Part shown: positions 1-13,350 of the stretch, one piece after another
Layout of the letters: each line of letters begins with the position of its first letter
Numbering within the stretch: position 1 is the stretch's first letter
DNA from: Thalia democratica
Taxonomy: Eukaryota
NCBI GenBank assembly: GCA_965202585.1
Contig: OZ241830.1
Span: 26,412,001 to 26,476,000 of the forward strand
DNA: 64,000 bases
Reading direction: 5' to 3'
The notes under the pieces: generated by a model
Databases searched by the model: none
Told to the model about the DNA's origin: nothing
What the model saw: only the letters and a program-made list of their open reading frames with translations
Made by a program: the position numbers and the translations under genes

Positions 1-534
1 ATGATAAAAAAAAAATGTTTTAAAAGTTTTATTTTAATTTTATACTTTTAATGAAATAACTCTAAAGCCACTGACTAAAACTTAAGATTTATTAGTAAAA
101 CAAAAGTTACAATATGACAACAAATAAAACAGTTTAAATGTTATAATGTTTCTTAGCTTTTGTTAACTAAATAATCTAAACAGTTTTGTGATGTCAAAAA
201 TACTAAGTAACTAAACTACATTAATTTTTGACTTTTTGCCTTCAAATTATAAAAACAAAGAAACAATAAGTACAAATTAAAAATCTATCTTAAAACAATT
301 ACACAGCATAAGTATATGCTATTATACCTTTTATGTTATTATCCTTTAAAATTAAGTACTATTAAGTATAATGTCTTTACTTTCTTATTCATATGTGTAA
401 AATTCCTTATAAAATTGTATAAATTTATAATATTTTGAAAGTATATTTATAAAACAAAATATAATGACATTACAACATTCCTTACATGCACACTGATAAA
501 AAATTCCGTTTTTTAGTTTATATATAAATATAAA

Positions 535-2030
535 GTAAAACGTTTTGTGTTTAACATAGGTGCCTTTAGTTCTAAGGTGTGTTGCTTTAAGCTAAATTCA
601 AACATTTTAATTTTTAAATTTTCTTTGTCTTACTAAATTACTATGGTTAATAATTTGTAAAAAAATATTTTTTTTTTATTACTTTTATAGTTATTTATTA
701 GTATAAATGTTTTACTTTTAAAAGTGTTTCGATTCATTGATGATACGTTGTTATGATTTTTATTTATTTACTTATAATTTACTTAAGTTTATTTAATTAT
801 AACGATAATTGAAAATTATGCCTGCACATTATGTTTCAATATTATCTACTTTTGTCTTATACCATTTTGTAAACTATTTACATAATTTTTAAACTATATA
901 TTTTAAAAGTAAAATCTAATCGTGTTTAAAAATGTATATGAAGATTTAATTTAAATTAGTATATGTGTAATCTGATTTTCTTTCTTTATTCAAAACAACG
1001 ATTAATTTTAGTTGGATTAGTGTATTATGAGTTAAGCATTTAAATATCAGTGTGTCTAGTTTGTATAAATTTTGTAACTTATAAGTTAAATAATAAAATA
1101 TATTTATATCCCGAAAAATAAAAATCTTTTATAAGGCATACTAAAAAAAACATACTAAAAAAACTATTAGTAACCTTTGTTTTACTTTTATAGAAAGGAT
1201 CGTTGCATAAATATGCGCAACGTCGCGTCATATAATCAATAAAAACGTTTTTAACTTTTAAAGAATTTGCTTTTTTACAAGACTGAACATGCAGTGATCA
1301 AACTAAAATGTTTTCCGTTTAATAAGTAACTGTTTTTGTGTGTTTTCTAGTCTAATGTTTTTAAAGTATTATAGGTACAACTAAGTACATAAGATCTAAT
1401 GAAAAATTTATGAACAAAGCGTACTTTAAAGTTAATAAATATGTATGTAGGATCGATCCATATCTTTTTTTTTTTGTTGATTAATTACATTTAATAGAAC
1501 TAATTAAATAAAGTGTTAGCTAATAAAACTTAAGGTTGATATTCTTTTTAATTTAAAACATTTTTTATATTTAGAAAACATGTTTTTGGCTAGATATTTA
1601 TTAATATTTAAACATTTGGCATATCTTTAAAAAACTAAAAGATAACTTAAAATATTTAAACAAAAACCACAATCAACCTTAAAATATTATTCATTATTTT
1701 GTTCATTGTAAAATCAATTTGAAATATTTTAGAATTTTTCTAAACCGTTTATAAACCGTTTATAAGTTTGCGAAATCCATTAAAAGGTTTACTTATATTT
1801 AAATTTATAATACTTATGCCTTCCATGGTTAACCTAAAGAAGATATATTGGTAAGTTACAGTCTAGACTCTAGAAAATAAAAATCATCATGCATTCTTTA
1901 GGTTATTTTTACTAGAAATAATCCTAATATTTTTCGCTAGCTAGTTTTATTTATTCAAACTTGTCTTGCTACTTTTTAAAAACTAACTTAATTAGTTATC
2001 TACATTTAACTAAAGTATATTAAGTACTAT
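535..2030 (+). repeat. Old non-coding segmental duplication, copy A
   Basis: Shares collinear blocks with 6310-7620 (direct) and 11950-13350 (inverted). Examples: gcataaatatgcgcaacgtc (1205) vs gcataaatttgcgcaacgtc (6752); ccacaatcaacct in A and B; ggtgcctttagttctaaggtgtgtt (~560) vs the reverse complement of aacacgccttaagactagaggcacc (~13290). Boundaries are approximate. Confidence 0.8.
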
Positions 2031-3929
2031 GAAATTCCTGCAAATCCTCAGTAGTTTAGTTAATTTGTTTAGTTGTAAAAGTTGTAGCTTTTAATCATTA
2101 AAATAATTGCTTTGACATGTTTGTCTAAAATATTCTTCTTATATTTTAAAAAACTTTAACGGAAAACTAGTTTTATTAAGTCAAAAAATGTATCTTTATT
2201 AAATTTAAAAACACTTTTAATATTTCTAACCTGCCAAAAAAGATGATTAAACTTCCTTATCCACATATTGGTAGAACTTTAGGAGTGGTCCTTAAGAAAC
2301 TGACAAAGAAAAATTTTCTATGGTAGTACTTGTGTCTTTACATATGTTTACAATTTTGCACACCTTGATATATTGTTAAATGTTTTTGAAATTATAAAAG
2401 TATATTTAAATTATATCATTTAGCGTCATTGGTAATCTTTGTTTTTCGATAATGCAGCGATGATTAATAAAAACAGAAATGAGTTATTGAAAAAAGTAAT
2501 GCCTTATAAAAACTATATCGCGTTTTTAATCTATATAGTTTTCAATTTTAAATAGAAAACAAGTCACAATGAAACTGCACAAAAAATAGCACTAAAAGGT
2601 GTTATCCAATTTTTTTGACAAAAGCTAATCACTAACGAATAGAAATTCATATGTGACAAAATAGTCCTTTGAAAAAAAATATTTTACAATAAAGCTATAA
2701 CTTATGAAATTTTAATTTGTTACACTAAAGTTTTTTCAAAGTGTTTAGTACTTAAAATACTCCAATATTTAGTTTTTAACCTTTTAAGTTTTTAAATTTA
2801 AAGTATCTAATAAAAATAATAATGAAATTAGAGTTTTGTATTTTCTTTTAATATATGAACAGTTTTGGTTGTTTTATTTTTTTTACTTAAGCTAAAATTT
2901 TAAACTACATCAAACATGCAATTTTAGCATACCATGGGAAATGTTTTAATAAATAAAAATTTAACACACCTTAAAACAATAAAACGCGTTTAAACATTAA
3001 TTACAATTTAAAAATAGTATGCTTTGTTGTCGTACATTACTAAAATAACTACTAAATAAAGCTTACTTCTATTTTTTCAAAAAGTTATCTACCAATGATT
3101 TATTAGTTACATAGTTTGTGATTGTTTTTTTTATAGCTTATCTAATAACTTAATATTCGTTGCTTTTTTTAACAAAATACTTAATCATTTAAAAGAAAAA
3201 TAGGGTGATTTTAAGTATGTTTTTATATAAACAATAATGTAATTATTTGTCTTTACTATAAAGAAAATGCTAAATTCACAGAGCTAAGAGCTTATAGATA
3301 CAATAATAAAGCTACAAACTTTTCTATTTTCTAACAGGTTTCAGTAGTAAAACATTATGACCTTATCAAATATTAATAAAAGAGTAAAAAAAATATATAA
3401 AAAAAGAACATTTTTTTTAAGTTAGCTGTTTACTTTTTGATGTATCTATATAGGTATATTAAAAAATAAAAGAGTATAATTTAAACTAAAAACAGATTCA
3501 GGCAAAATTTAAAAAACTTATAAATTATGATTATTGATTGATTGTTTTATGCGACATTAAATCAAACTTATGAAGCATAATAAATTTTTGAATGATTAAT
3601 TTATATATTTATAATTTTTTTCTACTATTGTGTTGTTTTATACATATTTCAAAAAGTTTGAAAACGTTAAAGTTTTTAACTTTAAGAAAGCATTACAAAC
3701 TAAAATCGTTATTTCTAAAAGTACAAAAAAATCATATGCTCCTAAACCTTTTAATCGCTGTGAAAAAAGTTTTAAAAATAGTTAAATTTTTTGCTAGCTA
3801 GATTACCATTTCAGCATTATTGTTAATAAAAATTGCTGGTTTTATGATTTTTCTTTGATTTAGAATACATTTAAACTTCTTACGAAACGATAAAATACTA
3901 ATTATACTCTTTAAATTTCATTAGTGAAT

Positions 3930-3971
3930 GACAAAAAAAGCATTCAAAAAATTTTTTTTAAAGATCTGGTG
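3930..3971 (+). pseudogene. Short remnant homologous to the decayed three-finger-like ORF at 15225-15723
   Basis: gacaaaaaaagcattcaaaaaattttttttaaagatctggtg aligns with the minus-strand gacaaaaaatacgctgaaaaagtttcgtcgaaggatctggtg at ~15570-15612. It lies ~2.7 kb downstream of the anchor motif of duplication copy A. Confidence 0.25.
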
Positions 3972-6309
3972 AATAAAACCAAATATAACTTGCCAAAATG
4001 TTTGAAATTAATTAAAAATAATAATTGTTAGCAAAAACAGTTATTTAACTAATATGATCTGTACATTTCGCTTGTATAGTTTTAGTTTAAGCAACAAATC
4101 TAATTTATAAGCTTATCATTTGTTTATTTCAAATGTTATAAGGATTATTAGATCGATAACTTTAATAAAAATTATTCTTAGCAAAAAAAAATATTTCAAA
4201 ATTTAGTACAGATTTCAGAAACAGTTTAAGCTTTTAACTTTTTTTCTATGCGTTTAAAAATCCACAAAGGAGTTTATGCAACTAGTTATTCTTTTCAAAA
4301 GTATTTACCGATAACGAAATATTTCTACAAAAACGGCAATAAATACATAATTTGTATATATGTGAACGCATTTGTGTAATACATTTGTGGTATAATTTAA
4401 GCATTACTTTATTTATAATAAATCTTACTTCTTTAAAAGTTTTTCACGTTTTAACATGACCACTGAAATGAATTCGAGTAGAACCTCCTCTGTTGTATTG
4501 AAACTCATTTCAAACTAAGTTCAGATTTTTCTTAAATATATTACAAAAAGTTAACCTTTTGGCATTAATTAACTAGTTGTTTAACATTTGTATAAATTGT
4601 TTTTTTTTAATTGTTTTTTTTATGTGTTTTCGTTTCCTTATAAATTGTAATCAATCATTTTTAAAAAAAACAAAATATCAATAAAGTATAAATTACTTCT
4701 ATAAGTGTAATAGATATGACAAAACCAATATAATTACGTGTGTATTTTAGAAACCAAACAGTAAACATGCTTTAAGATTAGATAATTAAATAACACTATG
4801 TAAAGAGTAATTCATATCGTTTTATAAACATTTATATTATTTGAACAGATTTAAAGTATAATAAAGCATAATCATAAGTGAAGATGATTTTGCTTTCAAA
4901 CCACCTAAAACTATTAACGTAAAACTTACTTTGACTTTATGGTTTATTTCGATAGCAAAGTTTTGATTTTTCAAAAAACTTTCGGCAGATAAATGAATAT
5001 TCAATTTTTTAAACATTTTATCTACTTAATAAAAGTTCGCAGTTTGGAGCTCTTTAGTATATATTTATATTCTTATTAAAAAAATACATAGAAGGTAAAA
5101 AAATAAATTTTTGCTTAGTCGTCGTTACCTTAATTTTGGTTTTTTGGTGTCAGTGGTTACTATGGAAAATGACAAATAAACAGAAAATAAGTTTCATAAA
5201 AACCCTTTGCACGAAATAATTTTCATAAAGAACTATTAGTGGTAGTAAAATATATTTTAACTACTAGCGTACAAGTTGAAAAAAAAAAACAATTTAATAA
5301 AAAATATAGTTTACATCATTTTTTAAGTAAACAAGAATAAAAAACTACATAATATAAGAGCAATAAATGACGTTAGAACTTTAAATAAGTTTAATTAAAC
5401 AGTTAAAATATTTTAATATTTTAAGTAAACAGTTATTAATTTTCACCATGAGTGTACCAACAGTTATTTCACTAAATAAATTTATTAATCAGTTTTAACA
5501 TTGTTTTGTACTTTAAGTTTTTTCTGTAAAGTGTAATGAGAAGGCTAATTATTATTTTTGTAAAGTAATTTACTACATATCTATATTATTAAACACATAA
5601 CAGTGTGTAAAAAACATGAACTCAGGTTTATGTAATGTTATTTAACATACCTTATTTCAAACTTAAATAGCATAATCTTTCGTCTAAAAATAAACATTAC
5701 TGTAATTTTTGGTGACTCTTTCTAATTTATTAAATTTACAAATTATGATTGATATGCTTTTAGTTCTTAAAAACTTACATAACGACATAATTCGATCAGT
5801 TCGACTTAAACATATTTAAATTTAATCTAACTGAACCATAAAAATGTAAATATTTTAAGTTGATCGGTTTATTTTAAACTTACAAAAAAAACTTTCAAAG
5901 CTTGTTATTTTCATTAAAGTAAATTTATCAACATACTACAGTAGTAATTTCATTTCCATTTGTGTATTTTTAACTGGAAAAACTAAAAACAAACTTTGTT
6001 GAACTTAAAAAAAAATGTTTCTAAAATAGCCGAGTTTTGTTAAAACCTAATCAAATCCAAAACAAAAAAACTTAAATTTTAATATATAAAAAACTAAAAC
6101 AATTAGTCACTAAAACTTTTTTTTTGTTTTAGTGATAAAAGGAGATCAGATTTGTGCATTAGATAGTATATAATATTGCTTGACTGAAGCTTGACCACTT
6201 AATTACAAAATACCGTTATTAATATTCTAAATGATAAGCATTAAAGATATATGATTTTTGAATTTTATACTTAGCTAGAACCTATAAGTTACATATATGT
6301 TTATTCAAC

Positions 6310-7620
6310 GTTGTGTATCATGAGCTTAGCTTGTAAACATCACTTATTTAGTTTATATCAAGTCTGTTAGGATTTTAAATGTAAAATAAAATATTTTTTT
6401 TTTTCGAAAAAGAAAAAGCTTTATGGTCATAATGAAAAAAACATACTAGAACTGCTACTGGTGAAGTATATTTATTTTTGGAAGGAGTCAAATATGCACG
6501 AAGGGACACATTTGCACAAAGAGTCACTAATGCACTAAGAGACATTTTTGCACAAAGACACTTTTGCACGGCGTCAATTTTGTACAAAAGGTTAATTTTG
6601 GACGAACACACTTTTGCATGAAGACAATTTTTTTTACACGGGATGAAATTTTTTTTTTTTTCTTTTTTAAATAATTTTGATTTTTTTAGTATAATTTTTA
6701 TTATTACTGTTACCCCTATCCGTACCCATTTATTTTATGGAAAATTTTCTAGCATAAATTTGCGCAACGTCGTATAATCGGTATAAACATTTTAAACTTT
6801 TTTATAAAATTCTTTTTTATTAGACTGAACATGTATTAAGAAAGTAAAATTTTCAATGTTTATTAACTAAGTATTAATAAACTAAAGAACTCGAATTTTT
6901 CTAATTTTTAACTGTTTAAATGGCAATCAATTAAACATATAAAGCGTGATTTCTTGTTTAATGTTTTTTAATAATCATAAGTACAGCTAAGCATGTAAGT
7001 TCTAAACAAAACTTTGTTAACACAACGTACTTAACAAGTTAATCAATATTAACATAAGGTTGATGCCTATATATTTTTTTATTTTGAAACACCTTAAGTT
7101 TGTCACTAGCTAAATAAACTATAAGTGAATTACACTTAAATTTTATATTTGTTTGAATAAAATATTATTTTTTAATGTTTAGATAACACGTATTTTAGCT
7201 TGAACTAGAAAAATCCTTTTAAAATTGTAATATTTTAGCATACAATTAAAAATATTTATAAACGTTACCACAATCAACCTGAAACATACGGTCTGATGTT
7301 TGTAAAATTAATCTGAAAGTATTTTAATTCAATTACAACCGTTACTAAATCTTCTTTAAGTTTGTAAAATCAATTAAAAGGTTTACTTATAATTAAGTTT
7401 ATGGTACTATTGCCTTTCATGGTTAGCCTAAGGTAGATATCTCGATAATTAAAATGTAGATAATACAAACTGTTATGTAAGTTTTGAAAGTTTTTTTATT
7501 AAAAAATCTTAATACTTCACCCTTTTTAATTTTAGTAATACTAAAACTTGGCTTTATACTGTAAAGAAATCACCTAAACTATTTGTCCACATTTAACTTA
7601 AGTACATTGTTATAAAATTG
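6310..7620 (+). repeat. Old non-coding segmental duplication, copy B (interrupted by an insertion at 6484-6727)
   Basis: Collinear with copy A on both sides of the insertion. Examples: tgtatcatgagcttagc vs tgtattatgagttaagc; aaaaaaacatacta in both; ttaaaaggtttacttata in both. Confidence 0.8.
6484..6727. mobile_element. Small inserted element with ~19-20-bp tandem subrepeats (consensus gacacttttgcacgaa..), a T-rich tract and a tacccctatccgtaccc end
   Basis: About 8 degenerate ..ttttgcac.. units. Absent from the homologous site of copies A and C. Flanked by near-direct repeats atttatttttggaa (6470-6483) and atttattttatggaa (6728-6742). The family is not identified. Confidence 0.6.
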
Positions 7621-8349
7621 TGAGTTCTCTAACTTGTACTATATTTTTATAAGCTTTTTTTTTGTAGTTAAGGTAATGTTTAAAAGTTAATATATCATAG
7701 ATTATTGTTTTTCTTATAGGTTATTTACGTTAAAATGTCAGTAAAGATGTTTGCTAATAAGTTTGTGGTTATCATCTAGAAAAAAAAAGCATAAACTGTT
7801 TTACTCATTTATTAATCATAGTACTGTTACAAAGCATGTTTAAATAATGAAAATGATACATTGTAAAAAAAAATGTGGTTTTTAATTGTGCGTTTAAATT
7901 GATGTTCTGTTAGCTAACATCTATATTGATAATCTGTTATTTAAAATCACAACAGTGTTATAAAACGAACAGTTCATAAAATTAGAGTATCTTTTTATGC
8001 TGAACCAAAATAATTTTAAGTATAAATGTTTTGAGCATCAACGTTTTTGCTTTTCAAATTTAACGATTTATTGGTGATTTTCATTATCTTACCTCACAAC
8101 AGTTTAAGTTGTATGATTTTTTCATTTAATTTTCAGTTAAAATTTACAATTTTTAATAATTTATACCAAAAATTGTAAACAACTTATACATAGATTTTTA
8201 TAATATAAGCTTATGAATTTGTATTACTGTTAATCTGTTATATACTGTTGTTGTTTTGTTTTTGTTAATTACTTCTTTGCTTTTTCAGTTCAATACTTGT
8301 AAATAACTGATTTTATAGATTTATATTGTTTATTGAACGTTAAAAAAAG

Positions 8350-8430
8350 GTAACCTGGTGTACAAAGGAACCTTTCGGTTATCGAGTCGTACACCACACA
8401 TTAACAAAGTTTCTTACGAGCTATTGCACA
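8350..8430 (+). pseudogene. Remnant homologous to the decayed three-finger-like ORF at 15225-15723
   Basis: Exact 15-mer gttatcgagtcgtac (8378-8392) is the reverse complement of 15537-15551. ctggtgta (8355-8362) also matches 15569-15576. Translates LVY..(frameshift)..YRVV, as in the 15.5-kb ORF. Confidence 0.35.
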
Positions 8431-9617
8431 TAGTTCTTTTTGTCATTTAATAAATCTTTAGTAATAAAACAAACAGTTAAACGAAATGAAAAATGAAAGA
8501 AAACAAAACTAAACGAAAATTAACTTAATTTTGTGTTTAAAATGTAATTTGAATCTTGTTTGGTAATATCAGAACTAAAATACATATATAACTTTAAATT
8601 ATCTTTAAAAAGGAGATAAACATCACTAGAAACAAACGTGTGAATACTTGAATTATAGGTTACAACCTTCTTAAAGAAAGTAAAATGCAGTACGCTAAAA
8701 TGTTTTTACGAAAATATTTTGTAAGTATTTTGTGCTAAAAAGATTATTTTTAATTTATATAATAATTTAACTTGAACAGTGAAAATAGTTTACATTTCAA
8801 TCGTTATACAAACTGATGTGAATTTTTTCTAAGATTTAAAAAAAAAATATTTTTACAATAACTGAACTTAACTTATAAAAAAATAATTTTTAGATAAAAA
8901 ATATTCAACATAAGCTTGATATACTTCTTCTGATTCTTTTTTAGATTTTTTTGTTGCTTTTATAATATAACTAATCCTTTTATAATTTAACTATTAAACA
9001 ACATTAAAAAAACAAAGAAAAATATTTTTAAGCTTTTTTTTACTTTACATAAGTTTTTACTAGGAACATTACTTTATACTAAACAAAGTATATTTAGCTA
9101 TAAATACAATTAAAAAAAAAGTATCAAAGTTTCAGTTAAAATAATTTCTTATTTTATTTACATCTTTAAAACTTGTTTTCTCCTAATTAAAATTATACAA
9201 AACATATACATGTTCATTTTCAAGGTGTGTTAGTATTTTGTTCTACTATTTTATCTTAAAACCGGTTTTTATTTAATTAGTTTTTTTATTTAATGCGTAA
9301 ATGCCTTAATAGGAAGATTTTGTGGTGTTAAACAGCAACAAAAAGTATAAAATTCATATAAATTCAGAGGTTAATACTATTAAATTGAAAAAGCAACTAA
9401 GTGCTAAGTCTATCAAAGTAAAAACAAACTTAAAGGTAAACTAAAATTAACTTTAATGTTCAAAAGTACTTTAGTAAGTTTCTCACAACAAAAAATGTAT
9501 TTAAAATATATTGCAAAAAACATAAACATTATAAATTTAACTAGTAGTAAATACTTGTTCTAAATAGTACAATTCAAGTTTTAATTCTAACTATACACAG
9601 ACTTTTGCTTAAGCTAT

Positions 9618-9915
9618 GGAGCAATAATTTTAATCATCACAGCAATCAATGTACTTTTAGTTTATGTCAATTTATAATGATTTGTATAACCAGTAATTTT
9701 TTTCTTTGAAAAATCTAATAAGTATTATACTAAATCATATTTGTAACCTTTTACTTAGATTAGGAAAACAAATTATGCGCAATAAACATATGTTTTGAAA
9801 TTTTCTTGCTTAATGAATGTACGATATTTCAACGATAATTAGTATTTTTGCTAAAATTGCTCGTAAAAATATTAAAACTCATTAAAAAATCAATTTAATC
9901 AGCAACAAAAACCGA
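9618..9915 (-). pseudogene. Decayed three-finger (Ly6/uPAR-like) gene remnant
   Basis: Minus strand reads K-Y-I-D-C-C-D-D-*-N-Y-C-S at 9656-9618. It shares tacattgattg with the 15.3-kb copy, and has a ttttgtt (F-C) block ~260 bp upstream, compared with ~240 bp in that copy. Contains stops and frameshifts. Confidence 0.35.
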
Positions 9916-11949
9916 TTTTAGTATATAAATAATTTCTGTCTTATCGTTTTTAATTAAATCTGAAGCTTATTGATTGAAGATACTGTTATATGTGTCTTGT
10001 AGTATATATTATTAATTTTAATAAAAATTGAAATGAAGCTATAAGAAAAAGCTAAAAAATTACTGATGTTTTATTTTATTTTTTAATTTTAATACTTTAT
10101 TATTTTAACAAACTAGGCTGAAAAAAAAAATCTTTTAATTTAACGAGAAGTAGTAAAAAAACTTGAACTGAACAGTTTATTCTATATATACAGTATAAAA
10201 TATTTTAACAATTCTAAAACAAATATTTACAACTATAAACAAGTAGTATTTATGGTTAGATTCGTAAATTAGTAGCAAAATATATTTAAGCTTAACTTAT
10301 ATTTTATATAATATTTTATGTTTTAAATTATTTTATAGATTGTAAAACATAGTACAATATTTTTTTTTCCCCAATGACAACTAATAGTTTAAAAATCACG
10401 AAGCGTTGATACAAAGAAACGCTTTAAAAAACTATACAATGAAATAAATTACCGAAAGTAATATAGTTACTGATATGCAACATAATTAATATTTCGTAGA
10501 CATAAACACAACTTTTAGAGTTAATTTCAGTAGTAAATTTAAGTAAATTATTTCGTTTCAATTTTCATATATTTCAAATTAGTTTAATTAATACTAAAAT
10601 TAAGTTATTATGGAAAAAATTAAAAGTAGTTTGTTAGACTAAATATACTAGTCTCTTAAAACATTATAGTTTAAAAAAAATTCAAAATACTAATAGAATC
10701 ACTCGAATTAATTGACAATAATTGTTGAGTGAACAACATTTTACAAATTTATCTAAACATGTATACATAAAAGTACCTACTAGTTCAAAATAATTAATGA
10801 AAAAAATATTAATACTCAGAAGATTGACATAACACATAGAAAAATACAAGCTTATGATATGAAAATTAGCTAATATTTTTATTCAAAGAATACTACTATA
10901 ACATATAAAACCTAAATGAGTAAACGTTAATTTTTTTTGTTATGTTCAGTCAAAACGGTTTGCATAACCAATCGTACGCTTTTGTGTAAATCAAATAAGT
11001 AGCAAATTAGATTTACATTTATAAATTATGGTAAAATATATAATGCGCAATTTATGGTTAAAGTTTTCTTGGTTTTGGCTTATAAATTACTTTTACTTTT
11101 TAAAACTATAGCGATTTTAGAATAACAGAATATCATTTCGGATCTTAATTAATATCATTTTAATTTTATAACATAATTAAAAACTGTATTTTTGTTCATT
11201 ACCCAATTAAAAATTATTTGTGATATTTTAAATAACATCCACACACTTAAGAGCAAACACCAAGTTTTATTCTTAACTGAAACGAAATATAAAAGAATAC
11301 AAAAGCTTAAAAACCTCAATAAACATGTGCTTAATAAAATATGCAGTTTGTATTTTTACTTTCGCGTAATGCAGCATTTAGGTTACAAAGTTTGAAAATT
11401 AAAAAAACTAACAGAAAAAATGGTTGATTTGCAAGCTTATAAAACTAAAAAAAGGTCAAAGCAAACTAATGATAAAAAAATACTTTTATTGTTTTAACAT
11501 ATAAATTTTTTATTAAGTTATGTATTTGTTACTGACCAGTTTAAACTATAATACATATGTTCACCCATAAACACTAAACAATTGATAAAATATGTAGTTG
11601 AAATTATTTCAAGTACAAAAGACTTTATACATAACAGTAAAAAACATATTTAAACGAACTAAATTTTTTGTCAGCATAAATGCGCTTCCTTAAAGCTAAG
11701 CTGTCAGGAATATGTATGGAAATTAAATTTGTAAGTGTTAATTTTGATGCAGTTTTATTGTGACTGAATAGTTTATATTTCCTATCTAGATGTTTAAAAA
11801 AATATTTCTTACTTAAATTTATATCTTATAAGTAATAATTTAATTATCGAAATAAATGAAATCCAATTAAGCTAGTTTAAATCCATTTTAATATAAGCTT
11901 TTAAAAAAGTGTTAAGCTTTGTATAGAGGTGTGCCACATTGTATACATA

Positions 11950-13350
11950 TGTAAAAACTCGAGTACTACCATAAACCATTTTTCTTTGCTAAAGACTAAA
12001 GCCCGTTCAAAGCCATACAACTAAGTATATAAGAAGGATTAAAGATCTAATTTGGTCATTTTAAAATATTTGAAATGCTTTTACTCTTTTTTGATCTGTT
12101 TAAAATAGTTTGCTGTAAAGTATAAAATTGTTCTCTACAAAACATGATCAATAGAACTTATATTTTAAGGCTGATTGTGGTTACGTGGTAAAATTTCTTT
12201 AATACACATAATTTTAAACTTAGTATATTCGATATCAAATATCAAAATTTTTATAGCGTATATAAATTTCTAGCGAAGCAGCATGCTATCTAAAAATAAA
12301 CATGGTGACAGTGTCTACCAAAACGTAACGAATTTAAGTTTTATTCACTAACAAATTATTGACTCAATATATATTTACTGTGATTTAGTCTCAAAAAAGA
12401 TTATAGACATCAACCTTAAATACATACTAATTAACTTGTGGAGAACGTTGATTTTATAAAATTTGATTAGAACTTACGTACTTAGCTGTACTTACTATGA
12501 GTTTATGACAATATACTATAAGTAACGCTCTACTCATTAGATAATGATTGCCGAAAAATATAAAACTATAATCTCTTAAAAGGAACTAAACTTAATTATT
12601 AAACAGTATAGATTATGTCTAACTACTATATGTTTATTCTGGTAAAAAACTATTTTCTAAGAAAGTTCAAAATGCTTAAGCAGATTATACGACATTGCGC
12701 AAATTTATGCAATTTTAATTTTTAGAAAATATAAATACGTCCTTAAAAATCTTTCTAGTATGGTTTTTCAAATATGACTACAACCTTTTTTTTTTGCAAG
12801 TAAAGTATATTTTATCATTTACATTTAGAAAACTTTACAAACTTAATATACACTAGACACACTGGTATTTACAAGCTTAGTTCATAATAAAATAAGCTAA
12901 ATTTTGTATTCAAAAAATAAAGAAATATATAACAGCAGGAATTGAAAATTATAAATCATATTAAAGTTAAAGATACATCTTTAAACACGCTTATTTAATA
13001 CATTTAAAATCCATGTTTTTGAAATTATGTGATAATTCACAGCAAGATATAAGATAAACTGTAGCTATTTGTATAAACTAATGTGTAGGTATCATTTTTA
13101 GTAAGCTATTTGTCTGAATTGTGGTAAAGTCAAACTACATAATTTACACAGCATTTTATTATTTAATTAAAATACAGTCAAACTTGTTTTAAGGTAACAA
13201 AAATAAAGAAACGTGATTATTACTTATACTAACTTTGCTAAAACATAAAAAAATTTGAGTAATTAAAATATTTAAATTGAAATTAAGAACAACACGCCTT
13301 AAGACTAGAGGCACCAATAATAAACATAAAGTTTTTATTTTCATTACAAA
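11950..13350 (-). repeat. Old non-coding segmental duplication, copy C (inverted)
   Basis: The reverse complement matches A and B in order. Examples: gcataaatttgcgcaatgtcgtataatc (~12683-12710); aagtacagctaagtacgtaagttcta; ccacaatcagccttaaaata; cagtgtgtctagt. Confidence 0.8.

Noticed and set aside
8356-8396. Nested inverted repeat tggtgtac...gtacacca as a structured RNA or Helitron end
   Set aside because: The stem is not preserved in the homologous copy at ~15.55 kb and no CTRR terminus follows. Better explained as a gene remnant.
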